From NCBI GenBank assembly GCA_964016885.1, contig OZ024760.1:16864001-16928000 (forward strand): a stretch of DNA of 64,000 nucleotides. The letters are read 5' to 3'. Source of the DNA: Eledone cirrhosa (Eukaryota). Made by a program: the position numbers and the translations under genes. The notes below the pieces were generated by a model. It was not told the origin of the DNA. It worked only from the letters and a program-made list of their open reading frames with translations, and made no database searches. Shown here in pieces: positions 26,744 through 40,699 of the stretch. How positions within the stretch are numbered: position 1 is the first letter of the stretch; every line of letters begins with the position of its first letter.

Positions 26744-27799
26744 TATATACAGTACACACAAACACACACACACACACATACCCATACATATATATATAAA
26801 TTAGCGAGAATCGTATTTCGGCTTTGATATATATATATGCATACATACATTCCCTCCGGAAATACTTCATTTATATATATATAATTATATATATATAATT
26901 ATATATATATATATATAATTATATATATATATATATATATAAAGTACGATATCACGTCCAACTATCTCTTTCATGTCTCCCGTGGTGATAAAATAAATAT
27001 CTGTTAAAGTCCTAGGTATGATGTAATCGATTATAATATATTTCACAGCACGTGCACCGTCTTGTATCTGCGTTAGAAATCGATACCATTATTTCAGTAG
27101 TTTATTTGGTGATGTTACTAACCCCTTCTGCACAACTGAGCGCAGCTGTGTGAGGCTCAGCCACATGCAGGTAACGTTATAGCGTCAAACTGTTATGTAC
27201 TCTGTGAGAAGTCCCTAGTATTACGACAGCTACTGCTGCTACTACTGCTGCTGCTGCTGCTGCTGCTACTATTGCTACTACTACTACTATTGCTACTACT
27301 GCTGCTGCTGCTATTGCTGCTACTATTGCTGCTACTACTACTACTTCCTTCAATATTACTACTACTCCTACTACTGCTGCTACTACTACTATTATTACTA
27401 CTACTACTAACATCACTATTACTACTACTACTGCTACTACTACTACTACCGTCAATACTATTACTACCACTACTACTACTACCATCACTACTACTACTAC
27501 TACTATTACTACCACCACTACTACCATCACCACTACTACTACTACTACTATCAATAATATTACTACCACTACTACTACTACTGCTACTACTACTACTACT
27601 ACTACCATCAATACTATTACTACCACTACTACTACTACCATCACTACTAATACTACTACCATCAATACTATTACTACCACTACTACTACTACCATCACTA
27701 CCACTACTACTACTACCATCACTACTACTACTACTAATGCTCTACTACTACTACTACTAGGCAACGCACCAAGTACAGTTACACATATATGTACGTATA

Positions 27800-27935
27800 T
27801 ACGCCCTTACCACTGGAACAACGTCAAATGAAGTTTTTGGCTCAAGAAAACAGCACACAACCCAACCGAGGAATCGAACCCACGACATTCTGATCGTAAG
27901 ACCAACACCCTTACCACCAAGTCACCAGTCTCCTC
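27800..27935 (-). mobile_element. SINE family B 5' part
   Basis: ggaatcgaacccacga (reverse B box), homologous to 52660-52785. Confidence 0.75.
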
Positions 27936-28151
27936 AACTCCATATTAATAATGAATATTCAATTTCTTTCTGAAAAATTCTTAGACGTTCTGCTGAGATG
28001 AAGTCCAACGGGTGTACAAATTTAGAGAAAACAATTTAATTATGGCTGTGGGCAATCAGTTCTTTATCGTCACAGTTGCTTAATAGAAGATGGTAGACCA
28101 GCAAGATATACAGGTAGTTAGAACACCAGGTGGTATTTATATATATATATA

Positions 28152-28350
28152 TAGGAAAAAAGTATGACCCCGACGGCAGAGCTCAAGCCGTTTCGACGGC
28201 TATTTCTGGCTATTTCAGAGTCCAGAAATAGCCGTCGAAACGGCTTGAGCTCTGCCGTCGGGGTCATACTTTTTTCCTATTTCCCACTCTACTACCCTAA
28301 GTATTGAGTACTCTGGTCCATCTGGTTCCTTACCACAATTCCTTTGTTAT
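28152..28350 (+). mobile_element. Family P3 fold-back element
   Basis: ~58-bp near-perfect arms, GAAAC-ggcttgagctctgcc-GTC-ggggtc, TA flanks. Confidence 0.85.
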
Positions 28351-28365
28351 ATATATATATATATA

Positions 28366-28476
28366 TAGTAATAATAATACATTTGAAGACTAAAATCCAA
28401 AGAGGGCTCGATAAGGATAAATATATATCAAATATATAAGAACCGTAGAGCAAATATTATCTGTTATTTAATAAAT
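28366..28476. mobile_element. Family P1, second copy
   Basis: Matches 1398-1492. Confidence 0.8.
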
Positions 28477-28552
28477 ATATATTCATGTCGACACACACAC
28501 ACATATATATATATATGGCCTCAGTCGGATGGCTGAAACAGGTAAAAGAGTA

Positions 28553-28584
<32 letters not shown>

Positions 28585-28637
28585 GATTTTTTTTTTCCAA
28601 AATGAAAAAAAACGAGATGTCCTACACGAGTGAAAGT

Positions 28638-28883
28638 ATAAGGAAAAAAAATGAAATCGAAAATGCAGCTGGATTCTTTTTAAGAATATTTATTTATTTC
28701 CTTTACCGGTTTCACTGTCCTTATGCTTTTCAAAAGTAGAATTGAGATGGAGGGTTTGTGGTTTTTCTCAAACCCTCCATCTCAATTCTACTTTCGAAAA
28801 GCATAAGAACCGTGAAACCGGTAAAGGAACCAAATAAATATTCTTAAAAAGACTCCAGCTGCATTTTCGATTTCATTTTTTTT

Positions 28884-28890
<7 letters not shown>
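28638..28890. mobile_element. ~120-bp-arm fold-back element (family P6) with degenerate hammerhead
   Basis: Arms centred near 28763, TTGAAAA-gc...gt-GAAAC-CG-GTA, (TA)n on the right. Confidence 0.7.
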
Positions 28891-28921
<31 letters not shown>

Positions 28922-29292
28922 GTGTGTCTTTTACATTATTTGTCACCACTTCTTCTTTACAGTAAATAATATCAAAGCCACAATGAGCTTTTCACAGGTG
29001 ACTGTGTTTCACTCCTATTTGATTTATGACCGGGAGCTGTTAATAATTTATTTAGTAAAAATGTAATTTAAAAAAAAATGAAACTTGTTCATAATTTATT
29101 ACTAAAATCTAGAATATTTTTTTGGTGTAGATTCTGTGATAAAGTGTTTGTTCGCTGTTTTTCGTCTCCCCCAAAATCATCGTCGCCGTCGTTGTCATCA
29201 TCATCATCACCATTGCATGGTTTACAAATCAATGAACAGAGTAAGCACTAAACTTCGGCAACATACACACACACATTTTTTTTTTTTTTTGA

Positions 29293-29510
29293 ACGATCGA
29301 CTTTCGTCAAATCGGACCGAGGAAACAATGTCTCCATTGGTCTTTCCAATTGCTAATATAATAGATAATACTATCTATCTATCGGTCGGTCGCAACTCCT
29401 GGTAGAAGGAGCTACGTGAAATAAAGTGTCTTGCTCAAGGACATAACGCATCGCCTGGTCCGGGAATCGAACTCACAACCTCACGATTGCTAATCCAATT
29501 CTCTAACCAC
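29293..29510 (-). mobile_element. tRNA-derived SINE family C
   Basis: Reverse complement of 54527-54730, with B box GAGTTCGATTCC and gtccttgagcaagacac. Confidence 0.8.
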
Positions 29511-29526
29511 ACACACACACACACAC

Positions 29527-29617
<91 letters not shown>

Positions 29618-29669
29618 CACACACACAAGCATACTCACACACGCATGTTGGTTTGGGGTTTAGGCATGC

Positions 29670-29796
29670 TATGATTCTATATGAATGAAACAGTTCTAGT
29701 CCTGTAAAAGTTATTTCTATATGAAATAAGATGTCTACACTCTTCCAATGTATTGAGTACTTTTGCCGTTCGCCAGCGAGACTTCACCCTTCATTA
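29670..29796 (+). mobile_element. Family P7 fragment with hammerhead 3' half
   Basis: gaatGAAACagttctaGTCctgta...aatgtattgagtac as at 36201-36290. Confidence 0.7.
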
Positions 29797-30540
29797 TATA
29801 TGAGTGTGTGTGTGTTTGCATGTGTGTGTGTGTAGGTGCATGTTAAGTGTGTGTGCGTACATGCATGGTGTGTGTGTGTGTAAGTGCATGTTGTGTGTGT
29901 GTACAGAAGTAAGAGAGAGTGAGTGAGTCGGTGAGAGAGAGAGTGAGGGGGTAATAGAGATAGTGAGTGATTAAGATAGAGGGTTAGTGAGTGAGTGAGT
30001 AAGAGTGGGTAAGAGAGAGAGAGAGAGTGGAGAGAGAGAGAAAGAGACACAGAGAGAGACATAGATAGAGAGGGAGAGGGTGAGAGAGACAGAGGCAGAG
30101 AGAGAGAGAGAGAGAGAGACATCGGGTGAAAGAAAGGCGGAATCTGTTTTACGGATCAATGGCTCAACTAATTGATAATCTATCGGATTTAGAAGCCTGT
30201 GGTTTCCCTTAATCCCATTTACAATTGCTCAGCATGTAATGTGTGTTCAGCTGTCTGCTTTGGAAAGATAAACGATTCCAGTGTCTTCTAATACCGAATT
30301 CCTTTTATAGCCCCCCCCCCCCCCCTCCGAACACACACACCCCTTCAGCCTCGTAACTATTATGGGATTAGGGAGATTACGGATTAAATTCACCATGTGA
30401 ACTAAGGTAATATTTCAGTTATTCCAATTGACCATTTACATGGTATAGGGAGAAGGCGAGAGCGAATAAAAAAAAAATAGAAAGAGAAAAAAAAACCCCA
30501 GCAATTTGATGTCTCTGTGTCACACAAACATAGATATAGT

Positions 30541-32690
30541 CGGCGAATTGGCAGAGTCGTTAGAACGTCAGATAGAGTGACAGTCGTTAGAACGTCATAT
30601 AGAGTGACAGTCGTTAGAACGTCAGATAGAATGGCAGTCGTTAGAACGTCAGATAGAGTGACAGTCGTTAGAACGTCAGATAGAATGGCAGTCGTTAGAA
30701 CGTCAGATAGAATGGCAGTCGTTAGAACGTCAGATAGAATGGCAGTCGTTAGAACGTCAGATAGAATGGCAGTCGTTAGAACGTCAGATAGAATGGCAGT
30801 CGTTAGAACGTCAGATAGAATGGCAGTCGTTAGAACGTCAGATAGAGTGACAGTCATTAGAACGTCATATAGAATGGCAGTCGTTAGAACGTCAGATAGA
30901 GTGACAGTCGTTAGAACGTCAGATAGAATGGCAGTCGTTAGAACGTCAGATAGAATGACAGTTGTAAGAACGTCAGATAGATTGGCAGTCGTTAGAACGT
31001 CAGATAGATTGACAGTCGTTAGAACGTCAGATAGAATGGCAGTCGTTAGAACGTCAGATAGAATGGCAGTCGTTAGAACGTCAGATAGATTGACAGTCGT
31101 TAGAACGTCAGATAGAATGACAGTCGTTAGAACGTCAGATAGTGACAGTCGTTAGAACGTCAGATAGAATGACAGTCGTTAGAACGTCAGATAGAGTGAC
31201 AGTCGTTAGAACGTCAGATAGATTGACAGTCGTTAGAACGTCAGATAGAATGGCAGTCGTTAGAACGTCAGATAGATTGACAGTCGTTAGAACGTCAGAT
31301 AGAATGACAGTCGTTAGAACGTCAGATAGAATGACAGTCGTTAGAACGTCAGATAGAATGACAGTCGTTAGAACGTCAGATAGAATGGCAGTCGTTAGAA
31401 CGTCAGATAGAGTGACAGTCGTTAGAACGTCAGATAGTGACAGTCGTTAGAACGTCAGATAGAATGACAGTCGTTAGAACGTCAGATAGATTGACAGTCG
31501 TTAGAACGTCAGATAGAATGGCAGTCGTTAGAACGTCAGATAGATTGACAGTCGTTAGAACGTCAGATAGAATGACAGTCGTTAGAACGTCAGATAGAAT
31601 GACAGTCGTTAGAACGTCAGATAGAATGACAGTCGTTAGAACGTCAGATAGAATGACAGTCGTTAGGACGTCAGATAGATTGACAGTCGTTAGAACGTCA
31701 GATAGAATGGCAGTCGTTAGAACGTCAGATAGATTGACAGTCGTTAGAACGTCAGATAGAATGACAGTCGTTAGAACGTCAGATAGAATGACAGTCGTTA
31801 GAACGTCAGATAGAATGACAGTCGTTAGAACGTCAGATAGAATGGCAGTCGTTAGAACGTCAGATAGAGTGACAGTCGTTAGAACGTCAGATAGTGACAG
31901 TCGTTAGAACGTCAGATAGAATGACAGTCGTTAGAACGTCAGATAGATTGACAGTCGTTAGAACGTCAGATAGAATGGCAGTCGTTAGAACGTCAGATAG
32001 ATTGACAGTCGTTAGAACGTCAGATAGAATGACAGTCGTTAGAACGTCAGATAGAATGACAGTCGTTAGAACGTCAGATAGAATGACAATCGTTAGAACG
32101 TCAGATAGAATGACAGTCGTTAGGACGTCAGATAGATTGACAGTCGTTAGAACGTCAGATAGAATGACAGTCGTTAGAACGTCAGATAGAATGACAGTCG
32201 TTAGAACGTCAGATAGAATGACAGTCGTTAGAACGTCAGATAGAATGACAGTCGTTAGGACGTCAGATAGATTGACAGTCGTTAGAACGTCAGATAGAAT
32301 GGCAGTCGTTAGAACGTCAGATAGAATGACAGTCGTTAGAACGTCAGATAGAATGACAGTCGTTAGAACGTCAGATAGAATGACAGTCGTTAGGACGTCA
32401 GATAGATTGACAGTCGTTAGAACGTCAGATAGAATGACAGTCGTTAGAACGTCAGATAGAATGACAGTCGTTAGAACGTCAGATAGAATGACAGTCGTTA
32501 GAACGTCAGATAGAATGACAGTCGTTAGAACGTCAGATAGAATGACAGTCGTTAGAACGTCAGATAGAATGCCTTATGGTATTTGTTCCGGATCACTGCT
32601 CTCAGAGTTCAAATCCCTCCGATGTCAACTTTGCTTTTCATCCTTTCGAGGTCGATAAAAAATGTACCTGTCACGTACTGGGGGTTGATT
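30541..32690 (+). repeat. 27-bp satellite (~75 units) amplified from a SINE A-subfamily 5' head, followed by the SINE body
   Basis: Unit tgRcagtcgttagaacgtcagatagaa. The body resumes at ~32570 (gagttcaaatcc...catcctttcgaggtcgataaaa). Single-copy head at 62712. Confidence 0.9.
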
Positions 32691-32849
32691 TTTCCTCTAT
32701 ATCTCTTTCTCATTTCCTATCTCTCACTTTCTATCTTTCTCTAGAAATCTGCCTGGAAAAGGATGGGCTCTGCCAGGGTAGAAATACCCAAGAAACGTCC
32801 TATGTCAATATGGCGACTCTACAACTCTCTCATGAGTCACTGGTCCATG

Positions 32850-33175
32850 TCATACCATACCATACAATTCCATGTCACACAGAGAGTGGGGTCGCGTGGT
32901 TTTGTGGTTAGCGGGTATTCGGCTCACAATATGGCTACCTACGACCCCTTCAGGACTTACGGCACCATACCATACCATACCATACAATTCCATGTCACAC
33001 AGAGAGTGAGGTCGCGTGGCTTTGTGGTTAGGGGGTATTCGGCTCACAATCGTAAGCTCGTAAGATCGATTCCTCGATAGAGCGTGTGTCCTTGAGCAAG
33101 ACACTTTATTTTATGTTGCTCCAATCCACTCAGCTGACAAAAAAAAATGAGTTGTACCTACAAATTTGAAGTTCA
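32850..33175 (+). mobile_element. tRNA-derived SINE with a 120-bp duplication spanning flank and head
   Basis: Duplicate units at 32861/32981, then gatcgattcc and gtgtccttgagcaagacactttattt. Confidence 0.75.
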
Positions 33176-33490
33176 GCGTCTCCAGATGGATGGATGGATG
33201 TGTGGAGGGGTGGATGGAAATGTGGAGGATGGATGGATGGATGGACAGACAGATTGGCGGACCACACCTCATAGATATTTGTGGTACTATGTGTACAGTT
33301 AAATTACTTGTGAAGGATACGGTTAGCTTAGAGTCCAGGCACTAAACATTATGTTCTTACAATTAACGAGATGTTTGTTCGTGGATATAAAGATTTACAT
33401 GAACGCCAACGTAGCTTAACTGTTTCAGTATTTACAGTCTATCTGTCACCTACATCTATCACCAAAGTCAATATATACACACTAACACAT

Positions 33491-33595
<105 letters not shown>

Positions 33596-33756
33596 AAGGG
33601 AGGCTGGATTGTGTGTATAAATATATATATGTGTGTATTGTATATATACATACATATATGTGTGTGAATACATATATATATATATATCTTTTTCTCTCTC
33701 CACCCCTATATATATATATATATTATATATATATAATATATATATATATAATATAT

Positions 33757-33814
<58 letters not shown>

Positions 33815-33859
33815 GGAGGTAAGTTTTATTGTAGTACAATAAAGCAATGCAGATATCGG

Positions 33860-33893
<34 letters not shown>

Positions 33894-33937
33894 ATATATA
33901 TTTATATATATATATTATATATATATATATATATTTA

Positions 33938-34180
33938 TTTATTAGTTATGTAATAAACAACATAAGATAATTATTTCATTTACCAGTGGTTTCTTGAAGA
34001 CAGATGTGCCTGTCTTCAGTCGTCAGAATAAATAAAAAAACATGGAGTATTACAACATCTGTCTTCAAGAAACCACTGGTAAATGAAATAATTATCTTAT
34101 GTTGTTTATTACATAACTAATAAGCTCTGTAGCCTACATAGAGCACTCTCCTTTCCTTTACCTTTCTGACGGAAATACTT

Positions 34181-34185
<5 letters not shown>
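33938..34185. mobile_element. Fold-back element with hammerhead (family P8)
   Basis: ~70-bp arms. Minus 34032-33975 reads tttatt-CTGACGA-c-tgaagacag(gcacat)ctgtcttca-a-GAAAC-cactg-GTA-aatgaa. Tail homologous to 4487-4555. Confidence 0.8.
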
Positions 34186-34211
<26 letters not shown>

Positions 34212-34212
34212 C

Positions 34213-34247
<35 letters not shown>

Positions 34248-34248
<1 letters not shown>

Positions 34249-34450
34249 ACGAAGGAAATGTGGTAAAGAACCAGGTGGACCATAACGCACCAAAGTACTC
34301 AATACTTAGAGTAGTAGAGTGGGTAATAGGAACAAGTAAGACCCCGACGGCTGAGCTCAAGCCGTTTCGACGGCTAATTCTGTATTAATTAGTACAGAAT
34401 TAGCCGTCGAAACGGCTTGAGCTCAGCCGTCGGGGTCTTACTTGTTCCTA
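34248..34450 (-). mobile_element. Family P3 fold-back element
   Basis: ~58-bp arms centred near 34388, TA flanks. Confidence 0.85.
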
Positions 34451-35062
34451 TATATATATATACATATATATATGTGTGTGTATGTGTGTGTTTGTGTATT
34501 TGTGTGTGTGTGTAAGATAACGTTTCTACTACATCTAGTTCGTCATTATATCACATTGATGATGATGATGATGATGACAAGCGTGGTGATGGTGATGGCG
34601 GTGGCGGTGATGGTGATGATTGTGATGACAATGATGGTGATGGTGCTGGTGATGATGATGATGATGGTGATGGTGCTGGTGATGAAGTGGGTCGTGGCAC
34701 ATTTAATGACCCCCGTGCGAAGACGATGATTAATGATGGAGAAAATGTCCTGATTAATTACACCCATCATAATGATTGTTATCATAATTAGCAACTTTAT
34801 CATCACCATCCACCATCACCATCACCATCATCATCACCATCATCACCATCATCATCACCACCATCATCACCATCATCACCATCATCACCACCACCACCAC
34901 CATCATCACCATCATCACCATCATTCTCATTACATCGTCATCATCATCACGAACAACATACAACAAAATATATATATATATGTATGTGTCTGTGTATATA
35001 TATGTGTGTGTGTGTATATATATATGTGTGTGTGTGTATTTATGTATATATATGTATATATA

Positions 35063-35102
<40 letters not shown>

Positions 35103-35109
35103 TATATAT

Positions 35110-35161
<52 letters not shown>

Positions 35162-35448
35162 TATATACACACACACACATATATATATATACACACACAC
35201 ACATATATATACACAGACACATACATATATATACACACACACATATATATACACACACACATGTATATATATATACATATATATATACATATATATATAT
35301 ATATACATATATATATACACACACACATATGTATATATATATATATATATATACATATATATACATATATACACACACACATGTATATATATATATATAT
35401 ATATATACATATATATACACACACACACACACATATAGATATATATAC

Positions 35449-35497
<49 letters not shown>

Positions 35498-35662
35498 AAT
35501 ATATACATATATACATACATATATATATCTATATATATATATAAATACATACACACATATATATACATATATATATAAATACATACACATATATATACAT
35601 ATATACACACATATATATACATACATATATATATACATACATATATATATATACATACACAC

Positions 35663-35701
<39 letters not shown>

Positions 35702-35954
35702 CACATACATACATATATATATACATATATATATATACTTTTATTATAAAAAATTCTCGAAAAGTACTTCTAGAAATGATGACCCCGTATTGAACAATGT
35801 ATGAGTACTGACTCTTTATTAGAGATTCTATAGCTTTCTGTTGCACAATATTTTGAATACATCAACTCTTTTTCAAAGATGCTTCTGAAAATATAGCGAT
35901 GTATTGAATCAATAGTTTTATTTGAAGTAATTCATTCTGTCATGTATAAACAAA

Positions 35955-36075
<121 letters not shown>

Positions 36076-36140
36076 GTGTGTATCACAGATAGATAGATGT
36101 ACATATGTGTGTATATATATATATGTATATATATATATAT

Positions 36141-36328
36141 AAGTTTTAATATAGATGAGATTCTACAGGACTAGAACTGTTTCATTCTTTAGAAATCATC
36201 GATGATTTCTAAAGAATGAAACAGTTCTAGTCCTGTAGATTCTCATCTATATTAAAACTTTTATACTCTGCAATGTATTGAGTACCTTACTTACTGTGGT
36301 TACCTCCGATTCAACCCGGAATAACGTA
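36141..36328 (+). mobile_element. Family P7 palindrome centred in the hammerhead core
   Basis: 60-bp arms meet at catc|gatg (36200/36201), then GATGA-tttc(taaa)gaat-GAAAC-agttcta-GTC-ctgtag. Confidence 0.8.
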
Positions 36329-36330
36329 TG

Positions 36331-36364
<34 letters not shown>

Positions 36365-36375
36365 TACACACACCT

Positions 36376-36411
<36 letters not shown>

Positions 36412-36939
36412 AGATGATGATGATGATGTTAATAGTATTGATGTTGATAATGATTATGATGAAAATGGTGATGGTGAACATAATCCCTGATTTAGTTTCA
36501 CAGGTGTTGTTGTAGTCTGATTGACATGTTGTACAACAGGGGGCGCCACTAAGCTGTCAATACAAATTATTTCCCACCACCCCCACCCCTATCCCTTCAG
36601 CCCCCCCCCCCTCCCCTTCACTCTCCTTCCTTTTCTTTTCCTCTTTCTTTCCTTGGCTTTGGAAATTTCTATGCATTTTATTTCATAACCTTAGTCTTCT
36701 CTTTCTCTCTTTCTTCATTTATTTTCTTACCTTTTCTTTCTTTTTCCTTTTTTTGTTTTTTCTTTCTTTCTTTGTTTTTTCTTTGTTTTTTCTTTGTTTT
36801 ATTCTTTCTTTCTTTTCTTTCCTTTCTTCCTTCCTTTCTTTCTTTCTTTCCCTTCCTTTCATTCTTTCTTTCCCTTCCTTTCATTCTTTCTTTCCCTTCC
36901 TTTCATTCTTTCTTTTCCTTCCTTTCATTCTTTCTTTTC

Positions 36940-36978
<39 letters not shown>

Positions 36979-37247
36979 TTCCTTTCTTCCATTCTTTCTT
37001 TCTCCTCCCTCTCTCTCGCTCTCTGTCTTACCATCTCTCTATCCTTCTTTCTCTCCCACTCTCTCTCTCTCTATCTACCTCTCCCTCCCCCCTCTCTCCC
37101 TCCTTCTTACCATCTCACTCTTCCTTCTTTCTCTCTACCCGCCCCCCCTCTACAATATTCCAGTCTCTAATCTTCTAACTCTGTAAACTAGATCAAAGAC
37201 ATCACACATAGTAAATAGCAACATGATCACACACACACACACATACA

Positions 37248-37305
<58 letters not shown>

Positions 37306-37405
37306 TGCTCACAGAAATATTGAGATAGATCATAGATGGATAGACACGCACACACACACGCACAAATACACACACACACATACACAAATACACACACATT
37401 CACAA

Positions 37406-37437
<32 letters not shown>

Positions 37438-37754
37438 GGTCACAGAAATATTGAGATAGATCATAAATGGATACACACACACACACACAAACACACACAC
37501 CCTTTCTACCTCGTTGATGCTTATCTCCCTTTATGTAAGTCTTTAGTACATAAGTCTTGTTCTGAAATCTAATTCTTTAAAATGGCTGACTATCTACACT
37601 ATATATATTTTTCTCATGGTAAACATACAAATAATATTTCGTAATACGTTATTGACAATTAACGTGTCGGGAATATTGATAGATTGATAATCAATAAATA
37701 GATAGCAAGGTAGCTAGATTCCCTTAAGTAAACTAGATACTTTGCTAAATTGTT

Positions 37755-37786
<32 letters not shown>

Positions 37787-37847
37787 AGTATGGCCATACT
37801 CGATAACGAGGGGGCAGCCATCATATATATATATATATGTATAAATA

Positions 37848-38433
37848 TGGGGCTAGAATTGGTTGAGGACTTCCTGTATTTGGAAGCAAAGATTGGGAAT
37901 GCGGAAGATGATGTGGTTGAGAGGAAGAGCAAAGCCTGGGCGGCGTGTCACAGCTTGAGATCGGTGTGGAAGTCGGACCTTCGTAAACACCTGAAAATCC
38001 GCCTCTTCATTGCTGTAGTGGAGTCTGTGCTGCTGTACGGGTCTGAGACTTGGACACTGACCAAGAAACTCACTCAGATGGTGGATGGGTGCTACACGAG
38101 AATGCTGAGGATGGCTCTGAACATTAGTATACACTGAGGATGAAAAACTCAGAGCTGTATGGGAACCTCCCAAAAGTTAGCTCAAAAGTGACACAGAGGA
38201 GACTGAGGTTGGCTGGACATGCTCACCGATATCCAGAGTTGACATTGCACTCAGTGCTACTGTGGGAGCCCCTACATGGACACACTGGAAGAGGAAGACC
38301 AAGGTTAACGTATGTTGATGTCCTAAGGACAGACACTGGTCTGTTGGAGATGCAGGACATGGCAGCGATAATGAGGGACAGAGACCGCTGGAGAGAACTC
38401 GTCCATCTATCTCGGGAATTTTATCCGCCCTAG
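37848..38433 (+). pseudogene. 5'-truncated RTE-clade LINE ORF C-terminus (RT thumb and C-terminal domain) with one frameshift
   Basis: [33 protein letters not shown] and DRDRWR motifs. ORFs 37742-38137 and 38140-38433. (TA)n on both sides. Confidence 0.9.
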
Positions 38434-38508
<75 letters not shown>

Positions 38509-38982
38509 TGTATGTATGTATGTGTATATGTATGTATGTGTATATGTATATGTATATATATATGTATGTATATATATGGATATATATATGTATATATATG
38601 GATATATATATATGTATATATATGGATATATATATATATATGAATATATATGGATATATATATATATGTATATATATGGATATATATATATATGTATATA
38701 TATGGATATATATATATATGTATATATATGGATATATATATATATGTATATATATGAATATATATATATATGTATATATATACATATATATATGTATATA
38801 TATATATGTATATATATATGTATACATATGTATATATGCGTATATTTATATATATATGTATATATATATATGTATATATATACATATATATATGTATATA
38901 TATATATATGTATATATATATGTATACATATGTATATATGCGTATATTTATATATATGTATGTATATATATATATATATATA

Positions 38983-39607
38983 TTGGTGCTACTGGTAACA
39001 TGTATCCCAGTACAACCTGTCTCATGGTCGGGTCGTTGGCGACTAAACTGGCAACCCCACCAAGGTTTCTTGGTGAGGAGGGTGACTTTGGACATCCTGC
39101 AGGACTAAAAACAAAACCTGTCAAAGGGCAAAGGAGCTCTTAAGAGTCAATGGCCATCCAAAATCACCGGGAGAGATGACCCCTTTAGCCTTAGTCAAGG
39201 CAGAATTCTAGGAGAAGGAAAACTCTGATATAACACCTGCAACCCTGATGGTATCCAATGATGTTGACTTGTTCTTCTTTTTGGTAAATAGCATCTTGGT
39301 TAAGAGAGTGGGACTGGCTTTGTGCAGTGCCTTTGCTCACTATAAAAGCTTCACGGCACAGGCATTGCTTTATATCTGGAGATCTCTCTGCACTTGTCCT
39401 CACATGGGCCCAGCACTATGTGTCAATAATTGTCCTACCATGGGCCTAGCACTATGTGTCAATGATTGTCACAGGTGTAGTGTTTGTACCAGAGGTTGCA
39501 AGTCGCTGGCTGGACTAAAAAGTCACACTCGTTCAGCGCTTCGGTAGGGGTTATCCTACATGGATGTAAAGTAGTGGCCGTACTCGAAAACGAGTTGGCA
39601 GCCACCA
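38983..39607 (+). mobile_element. Element K with an internal ~36-bp duplication, micro-ORF 39440-39547
   Basis: Reverse complement of 6553-7150. Confidence 0.85.
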
Positions 39608-39645
39608 TATATATGTATATATATATATGTATATGTATATATATG

Positions 39646-39678
<33 letters not shown>

Positions 39679-39689
39679 GTATATATATG

Positions 39690-39740
<51 letters not shown>

Positions 39741-39841
39741 GTATATATATATATATAGTTATATGTATATATATATATATGTATATGTATATATATATAT
39801 ATGTATATGTATGTATATGTATATATATATATATGTATATG

Positions 39842-39890
<49 letters not shown>

Positions 39891-40235
39891 ATATGTAAAC
39901 ACACGTGCAAAAATTCAATGTCAATGTCAGTGAGCAGTTAAGTGAAGTTTGATAACATATAGCAGTAGTAGTAGTGGTGGTAGTGGTAGTAGTAGTAGTG
40001 GTGGTGGTGGTGGTGGTGGTGGTTTTAGTAGTAGTAGTGGTGGTGGTGGTGGTGGCTTTAGTAGTAGTGGTGGTGGTTTTAGTAGTAGTAGTGGTAGTAG
40101 TAGTAGTGGTGGTGGTAGTTTTAGTAGTAGTGGTGGTGGTAGTTTTAGTAGTAGTGGTGGTAGTACTAGTAGTAGTTGTAGTGGTGGTAGTTTTAATAGT
40201 AGCGGTGGTGATAGTAGTAGTAGTAGTGGTGGTGA

Positions 40236-40277
<42 letters not shown>

Positions 40278-40699
40278 TAGCAATAGCAGCAGAAACGGCA
40301 ACAGCAGCAGTCCTAATCATAGCAGTTGCAACTGCTGCAGTAGTAAGGCAGCAATGTTTTAACTGCATTGGTAGCAGCAGCAGCAGCAATAGCAGCAGCA
40401 ACAGAAGCAGCAGCAACAGCAGCAGCTGCAGCTGCACTAGTTAAACTGCAGTGGCAGTTACAACGTTACCAATAACAGCAGCAGCAACAACAGCAGTCGG
40501 TGCACCAGATGCAGTAACAGCAGTCGTAATTCCAACAGGTGCATCATTTGCATAGCTGCAGTAGTAAGGTTCGACAATGGCTGGGGTTGGTGTTGGAGGG
40601 GATTAGGGGCCTCGTTGATAGAGAATCGGGTTTAGGGTAGGTAAGGGTTCCGTATGAAATGAGGTTGTGCTGGAATTGAACCGGACCTTCGTCGGTTTA

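Noticed and set aside
30517-32658. (MTVVRTSDR)n ORFs as a repeat protein or CRISPR array
   Set aside because: The unit is a SINE head, frameshifting 25-bp units are tolerated, and there are no unique spacers or cas genes.
37742-38433. Host gene or active LINE
   Set aside because: It is a 5'-truncated RTE fragment with a frameshift and no RT catalytic core or endonuclease.
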